A stretch of 64,000 bases of DNA from a virus (lineage: Duplodnaviria; Heunggongvirae; Uroviricota; Caudoviricetes), in the IMG/VR virus record IMGVR_UViG_3300028486_000080, positions 80,199 through 144,198 of that record, one strand, 5' to 3'. The notes beneath the pieces were generated by a model, which searched no databases, was not told the DNA's origin, and saw only the letters and a program-made list of their open reading frames with translations. This document shows, in pieces, positions 44,529 through 52,329 of this stretch; position 1 is the stretch's first letter; every line of letters begins with the position of its first letter. The translations under genes were made by a program, and so were the position numbers.

Positions 44529-44804
44529 TTGTTAAGGTTAAGGATGATCAAGATTAAAGCACAGCTATACGTGCAAGGTCGTGGCGTCGCGCGCGACCTT
44601 GCCGACATCACCATCTGGACAGAGATCGACAACGCCCATCACGGGTATCGGATCAGCTTGCCTGATGTCGAAATCAATGGACAGGTTAAGAAGCGGCGTA
44701 GCGCGCACCAGAATATTTTGCACGTCCTGCAAGAGGTGCTGGATAACGCGGACCTGAAAAAGCTTGGGGAGGACTACATCCCCAGAGGCGGCGTAATCAG
44801 GTAA
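44529..44804 (+). CDS. hypothetical small protein
   Basis: 91 aa ORF. Confidence 0.35.
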   Translation: MLRLRMIKIKAQLYVQGRGVARDLADITIWTEIDNAHHGYRISLPDVEINGQVKKRRSAHQNILHVLQEVLDNADLKKLGEDYIPRGGVIR

Positions 44805-44805
44805 T

Positions 44806-44879
44806 TGGAGACGCGAGCCGGAATCGAACCGACATCCGATGAGTTGCAGTCAACTGCATAGCCATTCTGCCATCGCGTC
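44806..44879 (-). tRNA. tRNA, anticodon unassigned
   Basis: acceptor gacgcga/tcgcgtc, T-arm gccgg-aatcgaa-ccgac, CCA encoded. Confidence 0.4.
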
Positions 44880-44885
44880 ATGTAG

Positions 44886-44973
44886 TGGAAGACCAGAAGG
44901 GATTCGAACCCTTGTAGGGCTCGCGCCCGGCTGATTAAGAGTCAGCTACCATTAGCCACTCGGTCACTGGTCT
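44886..44973 (-). tRNA. tRNA, class II, anticodon unassigned
   Basis: acceptor agaccag/ctggtct, T-arm aaggg-attcgaa-ccctt, long variable arm; anticodon loop reads ctcttaa. Confidence 0.45.
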
Positions 44974-45031
44974 ATATTTCAGTCCTAAGGGCATTTTCAC
45001 TGCGCAGTGAAAATGCCCATTCTAGTGAAAG

Positions 45032-45107
45032 TGGTACCCCGTCTAGGAATCAAACCTAGTCAATGACCGGGTGTAAACCGGATGCCGTCCCATCTGGCTC
45101 ACGGGGC
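45032..45107 (-). tRNA. tRNA, possibly Val(TAC)
   Basis: acceptor accccgt/acggggc (G-U), T-arm ctagg-aatcaaa-cctag; anticodon loop tttacac. Confidence 0.45.
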
Positions 45108-45120
45108 ATAATTCATAGTA

Positions 45121-45211
45121 TGGTGCTCGTGCTTGGATTCGAACCAAGTCGAGAACGCTGATCTGGCGCTGAAAGGTTTATAAGACCTCCCTGTGTCCAA
45201 CACCCACGAGC
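45121..45211 (-). tRNA. tRNA, class II, anticodon unassigned
   Basis: acceptor gctcgtg/cacgagc, T-arm cttgg-attcgaa-ccaag, 91 nt with long variable arm; anticodon loop reads cttataa. Confidence 0.45.
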
Positions 45212-45264
45212 GTATTTGCAAGTGGGCTACATATTCGTCCTTCCATAACCTTCTTCCTTCAAAT

Positions 45265-45339
45265 GGTAGACCCGGCTGGCTCTGCCCCAGCGACCTTTCG
45301 ATTATCGGTCGAACGCTCTCCTCACTGAGCTACGAGTCT
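45265..45339 (-). tRNA. tRNA, possibly Ile(GAT), noncanonical T-loop
   Basis: D-arm tagctcagtgagg; anticodon arm ttcga-ccGATaa-tcgaa; T-arm gctgg-ggcagag-ccagc. Confidence 0.4.
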
Positions 45340-45345
45340 ATGTAT

Positions 45346-45421
45346 TGGTGGACAAGGCGAGGATCGAACTCGCTGCCTCCTGATTGCAAGTCAGGCGCTC
45401 TCCCAGATGAGCTACATGCCC
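45346..45421 (-). tRNA. tRNA-Ala(TGC)
   Basis: anticodon arm cctga-ctTGCaa-tcagg; G3-U70 Ala identity pair; D-arm tagctcatctgggagagc; T-arm gcgag-ttcgatc-ctcgc; U6-U67 mismatch. Confidence 0.6.
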
Positions 45422-45504
45422 GTAACTAAATTCAACATGGCGAGGGCTGATTAACGACCTACCCTTCTTACCTCCCGGAACGGTCATGCGGGCGGCCATT
45501 TATT

Positions 45505-45602
45505 TGGCGGATGCGGGATGGATTCGAACCTCCACGACTGTTACGTCCAAACGGTTTTCAAGACCGGTGCCGTTACCCAGCAATCTTTCGGCTTACGCAT
45601 CC
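45505..45602 (-). tRNA. tRNA-Ser(TGA)-like, imperfect T/acceptor arms
   Basis: anticodon region ggcaccggtcttgaaaaccg nearly identical to bacterial tRNA-Ser(UGA); long variable arm; T-stem has a mismatch. Confidence 0.45.
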
Positions 45603-45606
45603 AAAG

Positions 45607-45700
45607 TGGCGGAAGGTCTGGGATTCGAACCCAGGTGACACGGGAACGCCGGTCAAACGCGCTAGCAACGCGCCGGTTTCAGCCTCTCACCCAACCTTCC
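45607..45700 (-). tRNA. tRNA-Ser(GCT)
   Basis: acceptor ggaaggt/accttcc, anticodon arm gcgcg-ttGCTag-cgcgt, long variable arm, T-arm ctggg-ttcgaat-cccag. Confidence 0.55.
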
Positions 45701-45705
45701 AATTC

Positions 45706-46215
45706 TCACGCGATCAACACTAGCCGTAAGTGAAGCTCAGTGACGATTGCTTCCAAAGTCGATAGCTGGATTTCTCCGTTGCCGTTTTCGACCTTCGATA
45801 TCGTCGCCTGCCTAACTCGTGCCAGATTAGCCAACTGCTGTTGAGTCATCCCCTTTTGGCGCCGCAGTGTTCTTATCTGCTCGCCAAGCGGGAGATCATC
45901 AAATTGGTTGAACCAAATCCAGGCTGTTTCGATGTCCTCAGGTGTGGTCATGAACCATTCGGTTCTACCGCGCCTGTGTTCCTTGAGCTTGTTGTGTATT
46001 GCTCGCTCAAGGGTCGTGGCATCGTCGCACCAGATGATTAGATCAACCACCGGCTCCTCTTGCATCGCGGACTTGAGTGATAGAATCCGTTTTACCGGAT
46101 CGCCTCTCGACATGCCGATCTTCAACAAGTAGGGACCGAAGCGCTTTGTCTGGCTCGGATAGTGAAACGCGTAAACTGCCTCCTGACCTTTACCTATCTG
46201 TTTCTCTACGTGCAT
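45706..46215 (-). CDS. T5orf172 (GIY-YIG-like) domain protein fused to XRE-family HTH
   Basis: N-terminus PYLLKIGMSRGDPVKRILSL...TEWF matches the T5orf172 domain; C-terminal LRRQKGMTQQQLANLARVRQATISKVENG is a classic XRE HTH; sits inside a tRNA array. Confidence 0.6.
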   Translation of the reverse strand: MHVEKQIGKGQEAVYAFHYPSQTKRFGPYLLKIGMSRGDPVKRILSLKSAMQEEPVVDLIIWCDDATTLERAIHNKLKEHRRGRTEWFMTTPEDIETAWIWFNQFDDLPLGEQIRTLRRQKGMTQQQLANLARVRQATISKVENGNGEIQLSTLEAIVTELHLRLVLIA

Positions 46216-46279
46216 CGTCCTTAACCTTCATTCGTTACCGCGTATGTTAACCATACCACGATTAACTAAGAAGGTCAAT

Positions 46280-46370
46280 TGGTGGGTGACGGACGGAATC
46301 GAACCTCTTGCCATTAAGGATCGGGGTTACAACCCGACGACAGCCCAGCCATCCTTACTTGCGTCACCCA
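46280..46370 (-). tRNA. tRNA-like element, weak T-stem (possible pseudo-tRNA)
   Basis: acceptor gggtgac/gtcaccc and CCA present, T-loop aatcgaa, but T-stem pairs poorly. Confidence 0.25.
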
Positions 46371-46519
46371 AATTTCTCCTACCGCGGCGCCATGAAAGGC
46401 GAAGGTGTACGCCAATCATAGCGCCGCTCGAATTGGTGAGGAGCCACCGGGTGGACCCGCGCCCTCTGTACCGCTAGCCTCACGGCACCCTATCTTCCCC
46501 TCCTCAGGGAAGTCTTGAT

Positions 46520-46597
46520 TTGGCTGGTCCGGTAGGAATCGAACCTACCTCTATGCTGGTTAACAGCCAGCCGCTTTCACCTTGATTGCTACGGACC
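46520..46597 (-). tRNA. tRNA-Asn(GTT)
   Basis: acceptor tggtccg/cggacca; anticodon arm gctgg-ctGTTaa-ccagc; T-arm gtagg-ttcgatt-cctac. Confidence 0.6.
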
Positions 46598-46598
46598 A

Positions 46599-46675
46599 AT
46601 GGTGCTTGTGGATGGTGCTGCCCCACCGACGCGCGCCTTTTCAAGACGCCGCTCTACTACCTGAGCTACACAAGC
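46599..46675 (-). tRNA. tRNA, anticodon unassigned, noncanonical T-loop
   Basis: acceptor gcttgtg/cacaagc with CCA; T-loop lacks TTC. Confidence 0.35.
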
Positions 46676-47153
46676 AAAGTCTATGTCTTACCTTTCTCCG
46701 AACACGAAAAAGCCGCCTAGATTTCTCTGGCGGCTTGGACCCGATAAACTGTGGAAGCTTCGCTTACGCACACCCATCCGTTCCCAGCCGCATCCCTGCG
46801 ACGGACTTATTAAACGAATAAATGCTGGCGCATATTACGAGCATTACACAGTCATCCTACAGCGCCGCGTGGGGCGCGATTACGTTGATGTGGGAGATAT
46901 AAACCCAATCCACCCTATTGTCAAGGGGTTATTTTAACTTTTTTCTTATCCACCTTCGGGATGCGCGCCCAAGCGACAACTGTCTTGTCAGCTATCGCGT
47001 CTGATCCTAGGGATGTGCGCCAACAAAACGGACCACGGGGTCCAACATGCTTTGTAGCCCGATAGGAGCCGACAATGGGCACCAATCCCTCTACCAGATC
47101 ACACAGTAGGAGTAACCGCCCGCGACGCGGCGGGCGGCTATAATTCCACTCCA

Positions 47154-47459
47154 TCAGCGCCCCCGCTTACCAAATTCCTTCGTGCGCGCCGGGGCATCAT
47201 TCTGCGGACCACCAGGACCAACAAGCGCCGGTTGCTGCGTCGAGAATGACTGTACGACGCTCTTCTTCAGCACTTCGATACGTGCCACATCAAACCACGC
47301 CTCATCGGGCAAGGTCTGTGCCTTACCTACAACCTCGGGAGTGATCAGGAAGCGTACGCATCCATTGAGAAATTCTGACTTTGCAGTCGCGATACCCTTG
47401 AAGCCGGTGACAGTATCTTTAACCTTATCACCAAGCTCTGGCGTCTTGTCGGTTGACAT
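47154..47459 (-). CDS. hypothetical protein
   Basis: 101 aa ORF. Confidence 0.4.
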   Translation of the reverse strand: MSTDKTPELGDKVKDTVTGFKGIATAKSEFLNGCVRFLITPEVVGKAQTLPDEAWFDVARIEVLKKSVVQSFSTQQPALVGPGGPQNDAPARTKEFGKRGR

Positions 47460-47488
47460 TACAAGTCTCCTATGTTAACCTATTTCCC

Positions 47489-47764
47489 ATGAAACAGGTA
47501 AATGACATTCAAAAGCTGCTGCTAGCTGAGGGCTGGATTCGCATCACCTCAAAGCAATGGGTTAAGGGTGACACTATCCTATCCCTTTCTGAGGAAGTCG
47601 TTGAACTCCTCGATACTTTGTATAACCGGGGGTTCATCGGAGGGCTACACCGCGGTCTCTACGAGCAAGAGACCATGGAGGACGTTGAAGCGGGCGATCA
47701 GCAAGCTTTGGCTGAAGCCCGCGCCAACTACTTAGCCCTTGCAAGCCGTCAGATCGATCTTTGA
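47489..47764 (+). CDS. hypothetical protein (start at ATG 47489)
   Basis: internal ATG of ORF 47453..47764 preceded by gttaacc motif. Confidence 0.4.
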   Translation: MKQVNDIQKLLLAEGWIRITSKQWVKGDTILSLSEEVVELLDTLYNRGFIGGLHRGLYEQETMEDVEAGDQQALAEARANYLALASRQIDL

Positions 47765-48106
47765 TCGAATGAAGCGTGCAACGTCGTCAGCGTTGAGCAC
47801 ACCAGAGTGCTCACGGTGAAAGCGATTGCGCTCCCAATCACACTCGGTGATGCCTTTCACTTCCCAGCCTGGACCCTCGCACATGTACTTGCCGTTGGTG
47901 TCCTGCACCACGACATCGGCGTGCCCTCGCCACATGAAAGTGTGACCGTCAACGTCGATCTTATTCCAGTCCCCCTTCTCTGTCGTGATGCGCTTGCCGT
48001 GGAAGTCTTTGTCGCGTTTCCGAAAGCCGCCGCTCATATGGGTAACCTTTCCCTGATACAACAACACCAGCCTACCCAGAGGTAAGCTGGCGTCAAGGTG
48101 CCCCAT
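47732..48106 (-). CDS. hypothetical protein
   Basis: 124 aa ORF, start preceded by the aaccttaat motif. Confidence 0.4.
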   Translation of the reverse strand: MGHLDASLPLGRLVLLYQGKVTHMSGGFRKRDKDFHGKRITTEKGDWNKIDVDGHTFMWRGHADVVVQDTNGKYMCEGPGWEVKGITECDWERNRFHREHSGVLNADDVARFIRSKIDLTACKG

Positions 48107-48174
48107 ATATTAAGGTTAAGTGGCTTCCCAGATAGCTTGCCACAAGTGAGGTTATTTAGGTTAATTTACAAGTG

Positions 48175-48477
48175 TCAAAAAAGGATCGACCGGACAAGCT
48201 CAGCCCGTGGATCGCCGTCAGCCTCTAACTTCTCAACCCACTCTTCTAGGAGCAACCCGCCCTTGTCGTTATTGCACTGATGACATACGAACATACATAG
48301 AACGTGTGATCCACCCTTACACTTGGGGATGATGTGATCACGAGTGATGTTCCGAGGATTGCACTCAGGCTCTTCGCGGCGCTTGTTCATTGGCTGCCCA
48401 CAGTAGGGGCACGGTGTGCCTCCGTAGTCCTGGTACTTTCTCTTGGCGCGCTTTCCACCGCCAGCGTTCGGAATCAT
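48175..48477 (-). CDS. HNH endonuclease (small)
   Basis: CPYCGQ...RDHIIPKCKGGSHVLCMFVCHQCNNDKG: HNH with paired Cys zinc site. Confidence 0.65.
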   Translation of the reverse strand: MIPNAGGGKRAKRKYQDYGGTPCPYCGQPMNKRREEPECNPRNITRDHIIPKCKGGSHVLCMFVCHQCNNDKGGLLLEEWVEKLEADGDPRAELVRSILF

Positions 48478-48492
48478 GACACGTCCGTGTGT

Positions 48493-48567
48493 TGGTGCCG
48501 AAGGGGTGAATTGAACACCCTACCCTTCCCTTACGAGGGGATTGCTCTACCGATGAGCTACAACGGC
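48493..48567 (-). tRNA. tRNA, possibly Thr(CGT), with U5-U68/U6-U67 acceptor mismatches
   Basis: D-arm tagctcatcggtagagc; anticodon loop ctcgtaa; T-arm gggtg-ttcaatt-caccc; acceptor gccgttg vs cttcggc. Confidence 0.45.
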
Positions 48568-48613
48568 GTCAATGATCGAGTGATCATAGAGTGAACTTAT
48601 GATCGCTCGGTTA

Positions 48614-48690
48614 TGGTGCCCCAAAGAGGATTCGAACCTCTGACCTTCACCATACCAAGGTGCTGCTCTGCCGGGCTGAGCTACCGGGGC
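48614..48690 (-). tRNA. tRNA, possibly Thr(GGT)
   Basis: T-arm agagg-ttcgaat-cctct; anticodon loop ttggtat with a 4-bp stem. Confidence 0.45.
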
Positions 48691-48696
48691 GTATTT

Positions 48697-48770
48697 TGGC
48701 AGGTGCCGTAGGAATCGAACCCACGTAAACCGGGTTGGAGCCGGTTGCTCTACCATTGAGCTAGACACCT
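48697..48770 (-). tRNA. tRNA-Trp(CCA)
   Basis: anticodon arm accgg-ctCCAac-ccggt; D-arm tagctcaatggtagagc; acceptor aggtgtc/ggcacct. Confidence 0.6.
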
Positions 48771-48776
48771 ATAACT

Positions 48777-48851
48777 TGGTCGCCCTGGTGGGAATTGAAC
48801 CCAACGCAGCCCGCTTGAGAGGCGAGTGGTCTACCACTAACCTACAGGGCG
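48777..48851 (-). tRNA. tRNA, possibly Glu(CTC)
   Basis: acceptor cgccctg/cagggcg; anticodon arm ctcgc-ctCTCaa-gcggg. Confidence 0.45.
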
Positions 48852-48855
48852 AAAT

Positions 48856-48932
48856 TGGTCCCGCATGTCGGACTTGAACCGACGACCTTCCGCTTGAAGG
48901 GCGGCTGCTCTTCTCTTCTAAGCTAATGCGGG
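48856..48932 (-). tRNA. tRNA, possibly Glu(TTC)
   Basis: acceptor cccgcat/atgcggg; T-arm gtcgg-ttcaagt-ccgac; anticodon loop ccttcaa. Confidence 0.45.
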
Positions 48933-49037
48933 TTATTCGCGAGATTGGTTCGTACCTACTTTTGGCCCCGCAGGCACCAATTTCACTTACGAACCAATCT
49001 CTCGGAAAAGGTAGGATGCTCCTACCCTTTCGGTATT

Positions 49038-49115
49038 TGGTAGCGGTAGTCGGATTCGAACCGACGATTTCCGAGCTTATGAGGCTGGTGAGGACGACCG
49101 CTCCTCCATACCGCA
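49038..49115 (-). tRNA. tRNA, anticodon unassigned
   Basis: T-arm gtcgg-attcgaa-ccgac on the minus strand with CCA; D/anticodon arms irregular. Confidence 0.35.
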
Positions 49116-49118
49116 AAA

Positions 49119-49195
49119 TGGTCTACCGTGTAGGATTCGAACCCACGTGACCGTGTACCCAAAACACGTGCCTGACCAGACTAGGCTAACGGTAG
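49119..49195 (-). tRNA. tRNA-Pro(TGG)
   Basis: acceptor ctaccgt/acggtag; anticodon arm cgtgt-ttTGGgt-acacg; T-arm gtggg-ttcgaat-cctac. Confidence 0.55.
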
Positions 49196-49455
49196 TAACG
49201 AAACGCAAAACGCACCGACTCCTGAACCCCATGCTCACGCATGTTGATCTGGAACCAGTGCGAATTTGTAGAGATTTTGGAAGTGTTTAGTGCTTACAGT
49301 TCGCCGGTTCCGGTCAACGCGTAGTTGGCCAGGGCATCGGTTCGAACATGGTAACAAAAGAAAGCACGGAACACATTCCTCAAGTTTGAATTTGCGAGAC
49401 AAGCCCTGTATAGCCGGTTTATCTCAATCACGCTGCGGGATATATAACCCCTAAT

Positions 49456-49920
49456 TCATCGCTTGTCAAGCCCCCTAAGACGAAATTCTCCATTTATTGC
49501 GTCGAGGACTTCTTTATCGTGAAGCGCATCAATGACGAACCCCAATTGCGCATCCGAGAAAGTCGATACCATTGTGCTCGGTTTCCCATCCCATTTGACG
49601 TACTTGTTGTTGAATACCTCAGGCTTCACCGGATAGAACTCACCGATAGTGCCCTTGACGATGAAGTCACCGACTGACACATGGAGCGGACCTTCAAGGG
49701 TATTCGTGATCAGTTCTAAGGATATGCCCCCATCACGGTCGATGTGGGTATTACAAGTGATATTGCTTCCCGCCCATGCAGCGATGCCGTCGAAGCATTC
49801 CATGCTGCCGGTCCACTCGATGGCTTCAACCGATACGGAACGCCCTACGAAGATTGCGGGTAACGGACTATTCTCAAAACGCATATGTCTATCGCCCTGT
49901 AGACTGCATCGGATCGGCAT
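49456..49920 (-). CDS. hypothetical protein
   Basis: 154 aa ORF. Confidence 0.4.
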   Translation of the reverse strand: MPIRCSLQGDRHMRFENSPLPAIFVGRSVSVEAIEWTGSMECFDGIAAWAGSNITCNTHIDRDGGISLELITNTLEGPLHVSVGDFIVKGTIGEFYPVKPEVFNNKYVKWDGKPSTMVSTFSDAQLGFVIDALHDKEVLDAINGEFRLRGLDKR

Positions 49921-50153
49921 CGCGCTCCTAGCAGGGTTTGCGTTCTGATCTCGTGATCGATGTCTTCCCGCTGCAACCCGCGGCAGGTTTCGATGAACAC
50001 GTTGATCAGTCTTTCCTCATCAAGTTCCGATAGCGCGGCATCATACTTCTCAGCAGCTAGCCGCATTGCCTTGAATAACTCGGCACTGCGAAGCTTGTTG
50101 ATCTCGGAGTCTATATTTACCGGTGCCATCTTAGCCATAGTTAAGCCTAACAC
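49845..50153 (-). CDS. hypothetical helical protein
   Basis: 102 aa ORF overlapping the downstream gene. Confidence 0.35.
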   Translation of the reverse strand: MLGLTMAKMAPVNIDSEINKLRSAELFKAMRLAAEKYDAALSELDEERLINVFIETCRGLQREDIDHEIRTQTLLGARCRSDAVYRAIDICVLRIVRYPQSS

Positions 50154-50822
50154 ATGCTCTCAGGCAAAGCAATAGCCCCCGGATTGCTCCGAGGGCTAAG
50201 GGAAGGCTTTCTGTTGCTAAGCGCCTTCAGAACTCCAGTAGAGGGTGTCCACTAGCTACCGTTAGGCAGCGATGCGGAAGTCCTCAACCATAGGCGAATT
50301 GTCGTTCGCATCTATGTGGTTCTTGCGTTAACGGAGCTTGCGCCCGACTGTCTCTTTTCCGCCTACAACGCCAGTCGATCCTAGTTCCGCCCCATCAACA
50401 GCACACTCGGGACTTGTCTTCCGCCCGTGCCTCTTTAACAGTGTGCTGGTGGTGGAGCGGCGGGGTACTGCCCCCCGGTCCTGTCCGTCTTCAGTTGAAC
50501 GTCATCAACAGTGATGGGTATATGGCATGTGTGAGGTTATTTGTCAAGAGCCTTTGAAAGATGCAGAGCGCGCTCGGGATCGAACCGGGACACCCTTGCT
50601 GTTGCCAAACTTAGACCTACCCGCCCTTGCCGGATCATCAGTCGCGTGGTTCAACGATACCCACGCCAAGCTAGTGGCTCTACACCTTTCAAAAAATCTT
50701 GCTACCGGGTACGAAGTCGCTCTGGGCTCCGTTCTCACCTGTGCTTAGGCTGCGCTTTTGTTACCCAAGGAAGCACCCTTCAGGCGTTTGTGGCGCGTAC
50801 TAGACCCAGCAGCCTGATAACC

Positions 50823-51371
50823 CTACTCATTAGGATTACTTTTGTCAACCCTAAAATCCCAAAAGACGCGAAAAATTAGCCACGCAACCCCTAGAACCGA
50901 AAACGCAACCAACAGCCACCACGTCAGCGACTTGCCCTCAGGCTTCTCAGCCACGGACAACGACGGGGCGTCCTGTGTCCCAGGACGAGGGACAGGGTAG
51001 CCGGGCGGCAGAGCCTCGGGACGTGTCGGAGCGATGACCACCGCAGGGGGGCGCACGACGATTACCGGAGGATTGGGCGGACCCATCTTCGGCTTCACGC
51101 TTTGTTTCTTAACCTTACTAGACTTGCGTGCCGCCTTTACCGAGGACTTTCGCTGAGGTGCCTTTTCGGCTCCAGGCTTGGGATACTTGGTACCAAACTC
51201 CAGAGGCTCACTCAGATCGCGGCGCATAGGCTTTTCACGGGAGGGATACTCCGCGTTGGGCCACGGGTAAGGTTCATGAATAACCTTATCATCTGCCCAC
51301 ACAGTCACCGATATGACTATAAGTGCAGCAAGTAAGAGACCAAAAAAACCTAGACTGCGACCGGATGACAT
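50823..51371 (-). CDS. proline-rich single-pass membrane protein
   Basis: N-terminal TM helix, Pro/Lys-rich low-complexity centre, second TM near the C-terminus. Confidence 0.45.
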   Translation of the reverse strand: MSSGRSLGFFGLLLAALIVISVTVWADDKVIHEPYPWPNAEYPSREKPMRRDLSEPLEFGTKYPKPGAEKAPQRKSSVKAARKSSKVKKQSVKPKMGPPNPPVIVVRPPAVVIAPTRPEALPPGYPVPRPGTQDAPSLSVAEKPEGKSLTWWLLVAFSVLGVAWLIFRVFWDFRVDKSNPNE

Positions 51372-51471
51372 TATAACACCTCTTGCTTAATGCTCGCGTT
51401 AACCTTACTTTTATTATTGACAGTTGTCAACCTCTGTGCTCTGATGTTAACGTTAATGAATAGTTAGCTTT

Positions 51472-51777
51472 GTGAGGTTTGTAATGTGGTATGCAGGTAT
51501 TGTGATTTGCAATCTGATCATTGGAAAGTGTTCAGTTATGGGGCTGGCGCCTGAAGGTAAGACAGCCTTTGAAGCAAAGGAGCAGTGCCAGCGAACGATA
51601 GAATCGGGCATGAGTAAACTCGCAAAGCTCGACATCGACCGCGTTAGAGGAGCGCTTAAGGAAAATACCATCACGATTAGTGGTGGGTGCCTTAACCGTC
51701 CAGCCGACTGGGAGCGTGCCCCATACGAATTCCAGTATTGGTTCGGACCAACCCCGCGGAAAAAGGAAGTCCTCTGA
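51472..51777 (+). CDS. small secreted/membrane-anchored protein
   Basis: N-terminal hydrophobic signal-like segment; 101 aa. Confidence 0.4.
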   Translation: MRFVMWYAGIVICNLIIGKCSVMGLAPEGKTAFEAKEQCQRTIESGMSKLAKLDIDRVRGALKENTITISGGCLNRPADWERAPYEFQYWFGPTPRKKEVL

Positions 51778-51780
51778 TGT

Positions 51781-52049
51781 TCGGGTTAATTTTAACGGTT
51801 TGCCTAGCTTCAAGTCCCGCCTGTGAGTCAATCGACCACCGCACGTGTGTGCGCACGAAGCTATGCTCGGTCCAGTTCGAGCCGGTAGCTGTTGATGTTA
51901 AGCCTAATGAAAAGCAATGCTTTATGCAGGGATCGATGTACCTAGCAAAACCGGGAGGCTGGCAAGACAAGCATCCAGAGCTTCGCATCAAAGCCATTGC
52001 TTGCGGCGAAGCGGTGGACTTCAACAAACATGCTGAGCAGGAGATTTAA
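51781..52049 (+). CDS. small lipoprotein
   Basis: MFGLILTVCLASSPAC lipobox-type signal; internal start of ORF 51738. Confidence 0.4.
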
Positions 52050-52051
52050 TT

Positions 52052-52246
52052 ATGTGGATGCTCGTGGCTGTAGCGTGCCAGCTTTCTGCGATCAATGAGT
52101 GCAAAGGTGTACGTTTCTCAATGCTTGGGGCTGCTACCAAGCGTGAGTGTCGCTTTCAGGGTATCGAAGCGACGAACGAGTGGGGCAAGAAGAACCCCGG
52201 CTGGTTCATCCGTCGCTGGGATTGCGACAACACTGACTTCAAATAA
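52052..52246 (+). CDS. small secreted cysteine-containing protein
   Basis: 64 aa, N-terminal signal-like MWMLVAVACQLSA. Confidence 0.35.
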   Translation: MWMLVAVACQLSAINECKGVRFSMLGAATKRECRFQGIEATNEWGKKNPGWFIRRWDCDNTDFK

Positions 52247-52247
52247 T

Positions 52248-52324
52248 TGGCGAGCACGGCAGGACTCGAACCTGCAACCCCAGGGATAGAAGCCCCGTGC
52301 TCTGTCCAATTGAGCTACGTGCCC
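52248..52324 (-). tRNA. tRNA-Arg(TCT)
   Basis: acceptor gggcacg/cgtgctc; anticodon arm cgggg-ctTCTat-ccctg; T-arm gcagg-ttcgagt-cctgc; CCA encoded. Confidence 0.6.
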
Positions 52325-52329
52325 TCACC

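Noticed and set aside
45421-45500. Possible tRNA between Ala(TGC) and Ser(TGA)-like genes
   Set aside because: No T-loop motif; only partial end complementarity.
46376-46475. Possible additional tRNA between the 46280 and 46520 tRNAs (gaattggtgagg D-loop-like sequence)
   Set aside because: No T-arm or complementary acceptor ends could be folded.
50527-50879. tRNA or tmRNA in the 650-bp non-coding gap
   Set aside because: T-loop-like GGGATCGAACCGGG is present but I could not find matching acceptor or anticodon arms; the adjacent GAGCGCGCTC is a palindrome rather than an acceptor stem. A candidate tag-like frame (..GNKSAA*) does not resemble known tmRNA tags.
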